64,000 nt of DNA from an uncultured delta proteobacterium (GCA_963763745.1 CAVXQJ010000016.1:257029-321028), one strand, 5' to 3'; numbered from the stretch's first letter, positions 29,391 to 39,910 are shown. A program made the numbers and translations. The notes: generated by a model from the sequence alone, not told the origin.

Positions 29391-30690
29391 ATGGATCTCG
29401 ACGCGCTCCGCGCACGTCTCGCTGCAACACCGACGACTCGTCCCACCGGGCGCGTGCTCGGCGTGACGGGTTTGTCGCTGCGTTTCGCGATGCCCGGCGT
29501 TCGCGTCGGCGACGTCGTTCACGTGAAGCGGCGCGGCGAGCCACTCGCGTGCGAGGTCGTCGGATTCAACGCGGGCGAAGCGATCGCGATGCCACTCGGC
29601 GCGCTCGCGGGCGTCGGACCGGACGACCTCGTCGAATCGACGGGAGGACCCTTCACGGTGCGCGCGTCGAACGCGCTCCTCGGTCGCGTCGTCGACGGGC
29701 TCGGCCGCGCGATCGACGGCGGACCGGAGACGAACGAAGGCGACGTCGTGCTCGTCAATCGCGATCCGCCCGACGCGCTCTCGCGTCGCCCCGTCGACCG
29801 CGCGATCCCGACGGGCGTGCGCGTGCTCGACGGGCTCCTCACGCTCGGCGAAGGACAGCGCATCGGTCTGTTCGCGGGCTCCGGCGTCGGCAAGAGCACG
29901 CTGCTCGGCGCGGTCGCGCGCGGCGTGGAAGCCGACGTCGTCGTCGTCGCGCTCGTCGGCGAGCGCGGTCGCGAGGTCGGCGAGTTCCTCGAGCACTCGC
30001 TCGGCGCGGAGGGCCGGAAAAAGAGCGTCGTCGTCGTCGCGACGAGCGACGTCGCCGCGCTCGAGCGCCTGCGCGCTGCGCAGGTCGCGACGGCCTACGC
30101 GGAGCATTTCCGCGATCGCGGGCAAACGCGTGATGCTCCTCGTCGACTCCGTCACGCGCTTCGCGCGCGCGCAGCGCGAAGTGGGTCTCGCGGCGGGCGA
30201 ACCACCCGCGCGTCGCGGATATCCGCCGAGCGTGTTCGCGATGCTCCCGCGCCTGCTCGAGCGAAGCGGGCAGGGTGAGAAAGGTTCGATCACCGCGATC
30301 TACACGGTGCTCGTCGAAGGCGGCGACATGGACGAGCCCATCGCCGACGAGGTGCGCGGCATGCTCGACGGGCACGTCGTGCTCGATCGCACCATCGCCG
30401 CGCGCGGTCGTTACCCCGCGGTCGACGTGACGGTCTCGCTCTCGCGCGTGATGGACGCGGTCGTGACGAAGGAGCACCGCGAGGCCGCGCGGAAGCTTCG
30501 CGCTCTCCTCGGCGTATACGAGGCCAAGCGCGACTTGGTGATGATGGGAGCCTACGCAAAAGGAAGCGACAAAGAGCTCGACGAGGCGATCGCGAAGATG
30601 CCGAAGATCGAGCAGCTGCTTCGCCAGAACGCGCAAGACAAAGTCGCGTTCGAGGACACGGTGGCGCTGCTCCAGCAAGCGGTGCGTTGA
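29391..30690 (+). CDS. FliI/YscN-family (type III secretion / flagellar export) ATPase with an apparent 1-nt frameshift near 30124
   Basis: Walker [16 protein letters not shown]; ...[13 protein letters not shown]...; the FliI-typical ...HFRDRGQ in frame 1 continues as ...[37 protein letters not shown]... in frame 2. Junction is at CGCGGGCAAACGCGTG. Confidence 0.8.
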
Positions 30691-30691
30691 C

Positions 30692-31498
30692 GTGCGAACT
30701 GCGCTCTCGCTCGCTGACTTTCTCGCCCATCGCGTCGGGTCCGCGCTGCGCACGCGGCACTGGAGCTATGTCGTTCCACGCGCGGATCTCAGCATCGGCG
30801 TGGCCGTTGGCCGCTTCGACCAAGAGGATCTCCACGCGCTCGTCCCGCTTCTCGAAGCCGTGCGCTCGTTTCCGCCGCACGTCGCGATTTGGGATACGTC
30901 GCGCATCGAGGACGTCAGCGCGGACGCGTTCGGCGATCTCGAACGGTTCTTCGTCGAGCGGTTTCGCAACCAGCTCACCGTGCAGAAGGTCGCGATCATC
31001 GCGCCGCCCAGCGGACCGCTGCGCGCGACCGCCGCCGGAATGTTCGCGCTGCTCGATCCGCCGTACCCCGCGTCGGCGTTCGCGAACATCGAGGACGCGC
31101 TCGCGTGGCTCGCGATCCCATGCGGAGAGTTTCCCGCGCTCGTGGAGAGCGAAGCAGCCGCGCTCGTCGAGAACGCGTTCGACGACGTCGTGTGTGCGTG
31201 GCTCGAGGGTCACCTCATGAACCCCGACGTCGATCGCTGCGCGCGCGACCTTCGCGTTTCCGTGCGCACGCTCCAACGCCGCCTCCGCGAGCTCGATACG
31301 AGCTTCGCGGAGGAGACCACGCGAGCGCGCGTTCGCGCCGCGGAAGAGCGGCTGAAGACCGAAGCCTCGCTGACGGAAATCGCCTACGAGATCGGCTTCT
31401 CTTCGCCGCAACGCTTCGCGAGCGTGTTCCGCGAGGTGAAGGGCGAAACGCCGTCCGAAGCGCGCAAGCGCATGCGTTTGGCGTCCACGAATAAGTGA
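30692..31498 (+). CDS. AraC/XylS-family transcriptional regulator
   Basis: C-terminal dual HTH ...VRTLQRRLRELDTSF...SLTEIAYEIGFSSPQRFASVFREVKGETPSEARKRM. Confidence 0.85.
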   Translation: MRTALSLADFLAHRVGSALRTRHWSYVVPRADLSIGVAVGRFDQEDLHALVPLLEAVRSFPPHVAIWDTSRIEDVSADAFGDLERFFVERFRNQLTVQKVAIIAPPSGPLRATAAGMFALLDPPYPASAFANIEDALAWLAIPCGEFPALVESEAAALVENAFDDVVCAWLEGHLMNPDVDRCARDLRVSVRTLQRRLRELDTSFAEETTRARVRAAEERLKTEASLTEIAYEIGFSSPQRFASVFREVKGETPSEARKRMRLASTNK

Positions 31499-31555
31499 TT
31501 GGCGGGCGAGAGAAAGCGCCCCATCCCGTTCGAGCGTACCTCTAGGACCACACAA

Positions 31556-31573
31556 CATCCGACATGTGGGATG
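31556..31573. promoter_or_regulatory. Imperfect palindrome CATCCGACA|TGTGGGATG upstream of the amidohydrolase gene
   Basis: 9-bp arms with 1 mismatch; lies in the 101-bp intergenic region, 27 nt upstream of the ATG at 31600. Confidence 0.25.
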
Positions 31574-31599
31574 CGGATGTTTTCCCCTGGAGAATCGCG

Positions 31600-33030
31600 A
31601 TGTTCCATCATGCTCGCGTCTTGACCGTTCTTGCTCTTGTTGTTGGTGCTGTTGCTTGTTCGGGTGAATCCGTCGACGGGAGCAGCGACGAGGCTTCGTC
31701 GACGTACAAAGCCGGTTGCAAGCCGCTCGCTGGACCGAGCTACGCGCTTCACGGAATGACGATCATGCCCGGCGGCGCCGCGGACGCGTTCGTCGTCGTG
31801 CAAGCGGAGAAGATCGTCTCGGTCGTCACGAGCCGGTCGAAGGTGCCGAGCGGCACGAACATCATCGAGACGGGCGGCGTCATCGCGCCAGGGCTCGTCG
31901 ATCTCCACAATCACGTCGCGTACGACTTCATCCCGTTCTGGAACTCGGGCAAGCGCTGGCAGAATCGTTATCAGTGGGCGCGCGCGAGCGCATACACCAC
32001 CGCGGTGAAAAATCCGTACAACGCGGTCAAAGGCGGCGGGCACATGTGCGAAGCCGTGAAGTACGGCGAGTTCCGCGCGATCGTCGGCGGCACGACGAGC
32101 GTCGAAGGCTCGGAGGATCTTTCGTGCACGCGCTCGTGGGCGCGCAACGTGGAGTTCGGGAACTTCTGCGCCGACCACGTTCGTCAAGACGTGCTCCCCG
32201 TGACGGCGCTCACGCAAGCCGACGCGGACGGGCTCAACGCGCAGTTCGCGAGCGGCGCGACGAAGGCGTTCGTCGTGCACCTCGCGGAAGGCATCGACGA
32301 TTCGTCGCGCGCCGAGTTCGACTACATGAACAAGATCGGCCTCGTGAAGCCGCAGCTCGTCGCGATTCACGGCACCGCGCTCACGGTCGCGCAGCTCCAG
32401 CAGATGGGCTCGGTCGGCGCGAGGCTCGTGTGGTCGCCGCTCTCGAACCTCGCGCTCTATGGTCAAACGACGAACATCCCCGCGGCCGTCGCGGCGGGAA
32501 TCACGATCTCGATCGCGCCGGACTGGTCGCCGTCGGGCAGCGCGAACGTGCTCGGCGAGCTCAAGGTCGCCGACCGCGTCAACCGCGAGCGCTTCTCGAA
32601 TTTGCTCACGGATCAAGAGCTCGTCGCGATGGTCACGTCGAACCCCGCGAAGACCGTCGGCATGGATGACAAGATCGGATCGATCGCAACGGGGCTCTAC
32701 GCGGACCTCGTCGTCGTGCGCGGCGACGTCACGCAGCCGTACCGCGCGCTCATCGACGCACAGCCGGCCGACGTGCTCCTGACGACGGTGTCGGGGCAGG
32801 CGTTCTATGGAACGAGCGACATCGTGACGGCGATCGGCGACGGTCGCACGTACGAGACGGTCGATGCGTGCGGCGAGCCGCGCAGCCTCGCGGCGCAGGA
32901 AACCTCGATTCCGATCCCGAACGGACAAGAGACGCTCGAAGACGTGACGGGGACGTTCACGTCGGCGGGTGTGACGAACACGATTCCGCTGTTTCAGTGC
33001 GGCGCGGCGCCCGAGTTCGCGTTTCACTGA
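31600..33030 (+). CDS. Secreted amidohydrolase-family lipoprotein
   Basis: MFHHARVLTVLALVVGAVAC lipobox; amidohydrolase metal-site segments ...GLVDLHNHVAYD... and ...AIHGTALT...SIAPDWSPSGS.... Confidence 0.7.
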   Translation: MFHHARVLTVLALVVGAVACSGESVDGSSDEASSTYKAGCKPLAGPSYALHGMTIMPGGAADAFVVVQAEKIVSVVTSRSKVPSGTNIIETGGVIAPGLVDLHNHVAYDFIPFWNSGKRWQNRYQWARASAYTTAVKNPYNAVKGGGHMCEAVKYGEFRAIVGGTTSVEGSEDLSCTRSWARNVEFGNFCADHVRQDVLPVTALTQADADGLNAQFASGATKAFVVHLAEGIDDSSRAEFDYMNKIGLVKPQLVAIHGTALTVAQLQQMGSVGARLVWSPLSNLALYGQTTNIPAAVAAGITISIAPDWSPSGSANVLGELKVADRVNRERFSNLLTDQELVAMVTSNPAKTVGMDDKIGSIATGLYADLVVVRGDVTQPYRALIDAQPADVLLTTVSGQAFYGTSDIVTAIGDGRTYETVDACGEPRSLAAQETSIPIPNGQETLEDVTGTFTSAGVTNTIPLFQCGAAPEFAFH

Positions 33031-33076
33031 TTGTTGATGAGGACGGGCGTCTCGAGCGTTCTATGCTCGAACGCCG

Positions 33077-35566
33077 ATGCGACGCTCCGTCTGGATGTCC
33101 CTTGCGATTCTCGCGTGCGGGCCGAAACCCGCCGCGACGACTTCGCTCGATGCCTCCGTCGCGGTCACGCCCGCGTGCATGACCGCGCGCGAGGCGCGTA
33201 GCAAAGCGACGGAGCTCGAGCGCGGTGGGCACGAAACCCTCGCGCTCGCGAAGATCGCCGAAGCGAACGCGGCGTGTCCGTCGGAGAGCGCGCAGAGCGC
33301 AGAGCTCGAGAAGCTCGTGCGTGCGAACCTCGCCGGGCCGGGAGGCGCGCCCAAGGGAACCGACGCGTCGATGCGCGCGAAGATGCGCGAGGCGTACAGC
33401 GCCGAGCGCGCGAAGGATTTCCCGCGAGCGAAGTCGCTCTACGAAGCCGCGTGGGGCGAGATGCATCCGAACCCGCGCGCGCTCGAAGACGCGGCGCGCA
33501 TGGCGGCACTCGCCGGCGATTCGGCCGCATCGCGACGCATCCGCGATCGCGCGCTCGCCGAAGCGGAGACCGCGGAGCACGCCGTGGCGCGCTTGACGGA
33601 TCGCATTCGCGTCGCGCGCGGCTCGGCGATTCTCTCCGGCACGACGCTCACGCTCGCGCACAATGGCAACGTCGTCGCGCGCGACACGGCGACGGGCGAG
33701 ATACGCGTCCTCGTCGATGGCCCGAGCGACATGGCTTTGTCGCGATACGGAACGCTCGCGTTCCAAACGCCGAGCGGCCACACCGCGAGCCCGCTCACCG
33801 TCTACGACGTGCTCACCGGCGCACGGCTCTTTCGCATCGACAAAATCACGCGCTATGCGGTCTCGCCCGACGACGCGCTCATCGCGGTCATCGACGAAGA
33901 CGCAACGCCGAATTCGCCCGAGACGCACGCGCGCGTGTTCGACGTCGCGACGGGAGAGGTGAAGACGAAGCTCACGGGCAAATGGCGACAGAGCTCGGAG
34001 CTCGTCGGCTTCGGGCCCGACGCGTCGCACGTGATCTTCTACGGCGACGACACCGACCTCGTGTTTCGCCCGTACGATCTCGACAAGGGCGCATACACGG
34101 GAACGCGGATCGCATCGTCTTATGGAGTGTCTGCGCTCTCGAGCAACGGACATTACCTCGCGTACCTCGAGACGACGGGCGACGGCGCGCCGCTCCACGT
34201 GCGCGATCTCGTGGCGAACAAAGACGTCGGGATGTGGGCGGGAAGATTTCACAGCGTCGAAGCGCTCGCGGTCTCGAACGATGGAAAGACCGTGGCGACC
34301 GGGTCGTACGGATCGCTCAGGCTCTGGGACGTCGCGCAGAAGAAACAGCTCTTCGTCCACAACACCGAATCGCGGCTCGCGGGCGCGACCGACTCGCGCC
34401 TCGCGGACGAGTACTCGTTCAGCGACGACGGCAAGACGATGGTGCTCGCGGGCTACGGCGTCGCCACCGCGTGGGACGTGACGACCGGCGCCGAGAAGCC
34501 GTTCGTCTCCGACGTGGGCCCCGAGAACGTGCTCGCTGTCGTGAAGGCGCCGGACGGCGTCGCGATCATCGCTGAAGACTTGGTGCAGATCGTTCCGACG
34601 ACCGGAGATCCGCGCGTCGTGTGCAAGGGATTGCCGCAGCCGTATTCGCCGATCATCGGACCCACGAACGTCGCGTTCTCCGCGAGCGGGAAGTCATTTG
34701 CGTGCGTGATGTCGGACGGATGGGCGCACGTCTTCGACACGACGACGTGGACGGAGCGCGCCGTGATCAAGAAGGGCGCAGCGTCGCCGATCGCGCATCC
34801 CGTCGACCTCGCATTTTCGGCCGACGAAAAAGCGCTGACGATCGTGTCGAACGCGGGCTCGATCGTCTACGACGCGACCACGGGCGCGGAGACGAAGCGA
34901 GCTCCGTTCCGACATCCCAAGTCGCTCGGTTTCGCGCCGCGACACGCGCGCTTCGACGATGGCAGCGCGCTCGTGCGTTTGTGGAACGGGTCGGCGTCGA
35001 TCTTCGGCGCGGACGGCGCGTGGCAGCGCGACGTGAAGCTCGTCTCCGCGGCGCCCGCCGACGCGCTCGATGCGTTCGCGAGCGGCGGCGCGACGTACGC
35101 GGTCGCGCTCGGAAAGACGGTGCACGTCGTCGATCTCGCGAGCGGCGAAGATCACTCGACGGATCTCGCGAGCGCGCCAAAGAGCCTCGCGGTTTCGTCC
35201 GACGGCAAGACGGTGCTCGCCGCGTCCGCCGATGGTTCGATCTCGACGATCGCGGGCGGCGTGGCGACCGCCCTCGCGCACGCGACGGGAATTCGCGTTG
35301 GCTTCGCGGGCAAGTCCATGCTCGTGTGGCGCGCGAAGGACGTCCTCGATCTCTACGCGCCCGGCGCCGCGTCGCCATTCGAGCTCGACGTGGACGGCGT
35401 GGGCGTCTTCGCTCAAGACGCAGCGGGCGCGTTCGACGTGCGTGGCAAGCCCGAGCTCGTGTGCGTCGTCGGCCAAGAACACGCCAAGACGTTCCTCACG
35501 CGCGAGACATGCGGCGAACGCGCGAAAGACGGCCTCGTCGGCGATTGGCTTCGCGCAGCGCGCTAG
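33077..35566 (+). CDS. WD40 / beta-propeller repeat lipoprotein (829 aa)
   Basis: MRRSVWMSLAILAC lipobox; N-terminal helical region; multiple WD-like repeats (...GSLRLWDV..., ...ATAWDV...). Confidence 0.65.
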   Translation: MRRSVWMSLAILACGPKPAATTSLDASVAVTPACMTAREARSKATELERGGHETLALAKIAEANAACPSESAQSAELEKLVRANLAGPGGAPKGTDASMRAKMREAYSAERAKDFPRAKSLYEAAWGEMHPNPRALEDAARMAALAGDSAASRRIRDRALAEAETAEHAVARLTDRIRVARGSAILSGTTLTLAHNGNVVARDTATGEIRVLVDGPSDMALSRYGTLAFQTPSGHTASPLTVYDVLTGARLFRIDKITRYAVSPDDALIAVIDEDATPNSPETHARVFDVATGEVKTKLTGKWRQSSELVGFGPDASHVIFYGDDTDLVFRPYDLDKGAYTGTRIASSYGVSALSSNGHYLAYLETTGDGAPLHVRDLVANKDVGMWAGRFHSVEALAVSNDGKTVATGSYGSLRLWDVAQKKQLFVHNTESRLAGATDSRLADEYSFSDDGKTMVLAGYGVATAWDVTTGAEKPFVSDVGPENVLAVVKAPDGVAIIAEDLVQIVPTTGDPRVVCKGLPQPYSPIIGPTNVAFSASGKSFACVMSDGWAHVFDTTTWTERAVIKKGAASPIAHPVDLAFSADEKALTIVSNAGSIVYDATTGAETKRAPFRHPKSLGFAPRHARFDDGSALVRLWNGSASIFGADGAWQRDVKLVSAAPADALDAFASGGATYAVALGKTVHVVDLASGEDHSTDLASAPKSLAVSSDGKTVLAASADGSISTIAGGVATALAHATGIRVGFAGKSMLVWRAKDVLDLYAPGAASPFELDVDGVGVFAQDAAGAFDVRGKPELVCVVGQEHAKTFLTRETCGERAKDGLVGDWLRAAR

Positions 35567-35576
35567 CCGCCGCGAA

Positions 35577-37280
35577 GTGTGTATCCTGCAAGTCGGCGTG
35601 GACCTCGATCCCCAACTTCCCCAACCTGGGGCGCTCGTCGCGGAGAAGTTTCGCATCGAGCGCGTGCTCGGCATCGGCGGCATGGGCGTCGTTTACGCGG
35701 CGAAGCACGAGCTGCTCAATCAACAGGTCGCGCTGAAGCTCCTCTTGCCGGAGGTCGCGAAAGACAAAGAAGCGGTCGCGCGATTTCTCCACGAGGGCCG
35801 CGCGACCGCGCGCCTTCAGAGCGCGCACGTCGTCCGCGTGATGGACGTCGGCATGGTCGGCGATGCGCCGTTTCTCGCGATGGAGCTTTTGTCCGGCGAG
35901 GATCTCTCGGTGGTGCTCGAGACGCGCGGACGATTCCTGATCACCGAAACCGTCGACTATCTCCTCGAGGCGATGGAGGGGCTTTCGCACGCGCACGCCG
36001 CGGGGATCATCCACCGCGATCTCAAGCCGTCGAATTTGTTTCTCGTGCGCGAGGGCGAGACGCGCACGATCAAGGTCGTCGACTTCGGGATTTCGAAGTC
36101 GATGGGCACCGAGGCCGGCAACATCACGTCGACGTCCGCGGTGCTCGGCTCGCCCGCGTACATGGCGCCCGAGCAGCTCCGGAGCTCGAAGCACGTCGAC
36201 GCGCGCGCAGACGTTTGGTCGCTCGGCGTGATCGCATTCGAGCTTTTGACGAACGCGGTTCCATTCGACGGCGAGACCGTCGGGCAAATCTTCGCGAACG
36301 TTCTCGAGAAGCCGCCCACGAGACCCGGGACGCTGCGCGTCGAGATCCCCGGCAAGCTCGAAGAGGCCATTTTGCGGTGTTTGCAGAAGTCGGCGGACGC
36401 GCGGTTCTCGAGCGTCGGCGAGCTCGCGAGCGCGATCGCGCGGTTCGGAACGGGTCGATGCGATCCGCTCGTCGCGAGCATCGAGAAGAGACTGAGCGCG
36501 CCGGGCGCGGCGCCGCTCGTTCAATCGCGGCCGTCGATTCCCGATCTCGAGCCGAGCTCGCCGAAGCTACGCACCACGTCCGCCGCTCCGAAAGCGGCGC
36601 CACCGCCCATCTCCACACCCGGCTTCGAGTTCGACGACGAACCGATGGGACCGAGCCTCATCACGGTGGATGAAGCGCGCGCGAAACCGGCGTCCACATC
36701 CGCGAGCGCGAGCGGCGCCTCGAGGGCCGCGCAAGTCACGATCATGACGCGACGCGCGGCGCCGCCATCCGACTTCTTGCGTTCGTGGCTCGCGCCCGCG
36801 GTGCTTCACGCATGCATCACGGCCGCGACGTTCTTCTTGCTACGTCGCGTCGCACCGCCGCGGCCCGCGTGGGACGTCTTCGCGCTTCTTCCCGGCACGA
36901 CCGAAGGCTCGCCATCTTCGACGAGCGCGATCGTCGGCGGCGTATTCGCGGCGGCGTGCATCGGTTGCTCGGTCGCCGCGATCGCGAGCCACTCGGCGCG
37001 ATGGGGCTTCGTGATCTCGACGCTCGGTTTCTTCGCGATCTCGCTCGGCATGTTCCTCATCATGGGATCGGCGTCGGGCGGCGTGATCGGCGTGCCGTCG
37101 GGCGAGAAGATGTTCGTGAACGTGGGCTCGCCGCTCATCGCAGCGGGTCTCGCGATCGCGTGCCTCGGCAAGGCGCGCGACGCGTGGCGAGATTACGGCC
37201 GTGTGCTCCCACCCATCCTCGCGGCGGTCGCAGGTGCGCTCTTCTACGTCGCGCTCAGGCTCGTCACGCTCACGGTTTGA
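35577..37280 (+). CDS. Hanks-type Ser/Thr protein kinase with a C-terminal multi-TM domain
   Basis: GIGGMGVVYAA...ALKLL, HRDLKPSNLFL, DFGISK, ...GSPAYMAPEQ; Pro-rich linker; C-terminal TM helices. The start could instead be the GTG at 35598. Confidence 0.8.
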   Translation: MCILQVGVDLDPQLPQPGALVAEKFRIERVLGIGGMGVVYAAKHELLNQQVALKLLLPEVAKDKEAVARFLHEGRATARLQSAHVVRVMDVGMVGDAPFLAMELLSGEDLSVVLETRGRFLITETVDYLLEAMEGLSHAHAAGIIHRDLKPSNLFLVREGETRTIKVVDFGISKSMGTEAGNITSTSAVLGSPAYMAPEQLRSSKHVDARADVWSLGVIAFELLTNAVPFDGETVGQIFANVLEKPPTRPGTLRVEIPGKLEEAILRCLQKSADARFSSVGELASAIARFGTGRCDPLVASIEKRLSAPGAAPLVQSRPSIPDLEPSSPKLRTTSAAPKAAPPPISTPGFEFDDEPMGPSLITVDEARAKPASTSASASGASRAAQVTIMTRRAAPPSDFLRSWLAPAVLHACITAATFFLLRRVAPPRPAWDVFALLPGTTEGSPSSTSAIVGGVFAAACIGCSVAAIASHSARWGFVISTLGFFAISLGMFLIMGSASGGVIGVPSGEKMFVNVGSPLIAAGLAIACLGKARDAWRDYGRVLPPILAAVAGALFYVALRLVTLTV

Positions 37281-37782
37281 TTCGCTCGCGCACGACGGCC
37301 CCGTTCGAAGCCGCGCCCACGACTTCGACATAGTCGACGCCCAAGAGCTTCTGTTTGACGAACACGCTCGTCACGCGCGCGCGCGTTCCGGAGATCGTCA
37401 TCGTCGCGGACGACGTGCACGCGCCGTCGGGCGCTTTGTTCGTGTGAATGACGATGTCGCGCGATGGGAGCCCGCGCAGGACGACGCGAACTTCGGCGCC
37501 AGAGGCGGATTGGCTTTCGACGCCGAACGCGCGCTCTTCGATCCCAGCGGCGAGCGGCTCCGTCGCGTCCGGCGAACGCTCGAGCATGCGCCAATACGGA
37601 TGAACCGGCGATGGCCCAGCTGGGTTGCAGTCGTCGTCGACGCGCACCGCGTAGTGCACTTCGTTCTTGTTGCCGCTCTTCGCGATCGACAGCGCGCTCG
37701 GGATTTCTCCGGGCGACGCGTGCGAAACGTTCGAGACGAAGACATTGGCGACGGTGAGCGTGATGACGTGGAGCGAGCGCAT
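37270..37782 (-). CDS. Secreted DUF4833-like protein (hypothetical)
   Basis: Signal peptide MRSLHVITLTVANVFVSNVSHA. ...SIAKSGNKNEVHYAVRVDDD... resembles the DUF4833 core from memory; unverified. Confidence 0.45.
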   Translation of the reverse strand: MRSLHVITLTVANVFVSNVSHASPGEIPSALSIAKSGNKNEVHYAVRVDDDCNPAGPSPVHPYWRMLERSPDATEPLAAGIEERAFGVESQSASGAEVRVVLRGLPSRDIVIHTNKAPDGACTSSATMTISGTRARVTSVFVKQKLLGVDYVEVVGAASNGAVVRERIKP

Positions 37783-37856
37783 CGGATGACCTCTCATCTT
37801 CCGTTGCGCGCGCCTCGCGATCGATTCGTCACGGTTTTGCAACCGAGCTCATGCGT

Positions 37857-38318
37857 CTACTTGCGCGCGAACCACGGGCACTTCGTGAGGAGCTCTTTCG
37901 TCGGCTTGCGATCGCAGTGAAAGCCCGCTTTGTTCCCGTTGACGATCACGTCGCCGCACGATTGCACGACCTCGTACGAGCGCGCATCGCGCGGATCGCG
38001 CTTGCGCGGGCAGTCGCCGAGCCGGGTGATCTCGGAGTCGTAGTGACCGTAGTCGGTCGGGCCCCATTCGATCGTCGCGGGGATCACCTGACCGACTTTG
38101 AACTTCGACGCGCACTGCGTGAACTCCTGATTGCCTTGCAACGTCTCGAGCTGCTCGCCGGGACAATCGGGATACTCGACGTTGATCTCGACGATGCGCG
38201 GATCGTTCGTCTTCGGATCGCGCGCGACGATCTCGACGCTCCTCAGCGTCACCGTCGTGTCGAACATGCGCGGCTTGCTCTCGCACGAAACGAGCGCCAA
38301 ACACACGAAGGCGAGCAT
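37857..38318 (-). CDS. Small Cys-containing lipoprotein, start overlaps the channel gene stop (TGATG)
   Basis: MLAFVCLALVSC lipobox; 8 Cys; the alternative upstream ATG at 38330 would give MRGVMLAF.... Confidence 0.5.
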   Translation of the reverse strand: MLAFVCLALVSCESKPRMFDTTVTLRSVEIVARDPKTNDPRIVEINVEYPDCPGEQLETLQGNQEFTQCASKFKVGQVIPATIEWGPTDYGHYDSEITRLGDCPRKRDPRDARSYEVVQSCGDVIVNGNKAGFHCDRKPTKELLTKCPWFARK

Positions 38319-39445
38319 CACACCACGCATGCGATCACCATGATGATGACGGTCGCCACGGGGACGACGGTTCGCGCGATGCGGAAGACGCGGTCGATGT
38401 TCTCTTCCTTCACGATGAAGAACCACCACGTCGAGAGCATGTTGAGGAAGAGCGACAGGTAGACGCCCACCATGAGCTTGTCGGCGCGCGTGAGGTAGCT
38501 CACCGCGGGTAGCGCTTGCATGAGCGCGAAGTGGAAGAGCACGGCGGCGGCGAGCATCGGCGCGCCCGCGTTGGATCGCACGTCGACGCGATGGAAGGGG
38601 ATCCACATCGCCATGAGCGAGATGAGCACGATGACGATCGCGGGAACGTAGACCGTGAACACCGCGCTCGTGCCGTATCGCTCGATGCCGAGGCGGAACT
38701 CGTAGCGACCGTAATAGAGATCGTCGTTGTCGAAGCGATCGGGAAAGTTGTGAACGATGGAGACCGCCTCGAGATAGATGACGTCCCAGCCGATCACCTC
38801 GAAGCCGGCCTCGAGGTGCGTGTGGCCTTGGTCGGGGATGAGGCGGATCTGATCGATGCCCTCGGTGTTCTCTTCGACTTGAATCGTGAGCTGTTGATCG
38901 TCGAATGGGTAATGCCGCAAGTCCGGAGGCGAGTTGAACGTGCCGGTGAAGCGATAGAGCTTGAAGGTCGGCTTGTCCGCGATGACTTGTTTCTCGTCGG
39001 GCTTGCCGTTCGGGAACATCAAGTCCATCGATGGCATCTCGCGCTCGCTCGTCAGGCTGAGATAAAAATCCGCGACGAACGAGCCGGTGTGGATGTCGTA
39101 GTTGGTGATGTCGTTGATGACGATACCGACGCGCACGTCGGCGATTTTTCCCCATTTCGGATTCGCGAACGGCGAGCGGTACTCGCCGTTCGTGTGAATG
39201 GGGACTCCGCCGTCGGCGCCGACGACGGCGTCTTCCATTTGATCCTCGGGTGGTTTGCCGGAGTCGGCGCCGGCGTCGGCGCCAGCGTCTTGTTCGGTGT
39301 CTGCGCCACCGCCTTTCGGGGCGACCTTCGGCGGCGCGTCGGCGTGCACGCGCTTCGCGAACAGCATGCAGCCGAGAACCACCGCTGCGAGGAGCGACAA
39401 GATCTGGACGATGATCGTCCACGGACGGAGCCGCGCCGAGGCCAT
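38318..39445 (-). CDS. Pentameric ligand-gated ion channel (Cys-loop receptor superfamily, GLIC/ELIC-like) homologue with an N-terminal acidic linker
   Basis: ECD motif ...RHYPFDDQQLTIQVE...; M1 YVPAIVIVLISLMAMWI; M2-M3 ...AVLFHFALMQALPAVSYLTRADKLMVGVYLSLFLNMLSTWWFFIV matches the LP.VSY..AID consensus; M4 IARTVVPVATVIIMVIACVV. Confidence 0.8.
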   Translation of the reverse strand: MASARLRPWTIIVQILSLLAAVVLGCMLFAKRVHADAPPKVAPKGGGADTEQDAGADAGADSGKPPEDQMEDAVVGADGGVPIHTNGEYRSPFANPKWGKIADVRVGIVINDITNYDIHTGSFVADFYLSLTSEREMPSMDLMFPNGKPDEKQVIADKPTFKLYRFTGTFNSPPDLRHYPFDDQQLTIQVEENTEGIDQIRLIPDQGHTHLEAGFEVIGWDVIYLEAVSIVHNFPDRFDNDDLYYGRYEFRLGIERYGTSAVFTVYVPAIVIVLISLMAMWIPFHRVDVRSNAGAPMLAAAVLFHFALMQALPAVSYLTRADKLMVGVYLSLFLNMLSTWWFFIVKEENIDRVFRIARTVVPVATVIIMVIACVV

Positions 39446-39466
39446 CGCGCGGACGATACATCAAAC

Positions 39467-39910
39467 TCAAAACGATTTGAACGACGCCACCGCGACGCCG
39501 ATGGACGCGACGACGAGCGCGAACGAAAACGCGACGACGTACGCGAGGTGCGCGGTGCGCGCGATGCGCTCGCGAGCGGGCTCCGGCGTCATCGGCGCGA
39601 CGAAGTGCGCGATGCATCCGACGAGCGCGAACGCGACCGCGGCCACGGCGAGGTGCTCTTTGCGCTCGAACGCCCAACCCCACGAGGGCGCTTCGATGAA
39701 GATGCGTTGCTTGAGGCGCGTCCGATAATCCGGATACATCCACGCGCCGAGCGAGGCGGTCACGACGAGGAGCACCGTCGTGAGCCCGACGGAGAGACGC
39801 GCGCGCCGCTTCGGGTTCCGCAAGACGACGACCGGATGCAGCAGCGCGACGACGGCGAGCCAGCCGAGGTGACCATGAATGCGCTCGAGGAGCCTGAGCG
39901 TTTGGATCAC
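39467..39910 (-). CDS. 4-TM His-containing membrane protein, possibly cytochrome b561-like (weak)
   Basis: VIQTLRLLERIHGHLGWLAVVALL... resembles the ...R..HW..A... opening of cytochrome b561/NiFe-hydrogenase b subunits; conserved His in TM1, TM3 and TM4. GTG start overlaps the upstream stop (GTGA). Confidence 0.35.
   Translation of the reverse strand: MIQTLRLLERIHGHLGWLAVVALLHPVVVLRNPKRRARLSVGLTTVLLVVTASLGAWMYPDYRTRLKQRIFIEAPSWGWAFERKEHLAVAAVAFALVGCIAHFVAPMTPEPARERIARTAHLAYVVAFSFALVVASIGVAVASFKSF

Noticed and set aside
31499-31599. Possible tRNA or small RNA in the 101-bp intergenic gap
   Set aside because: No cloverleaf-compatible sequence (no T-loop GTTCGAATC-like motif, no acceptor-stem complementarity). 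It contains only an imperfect palindrome and an RBS.
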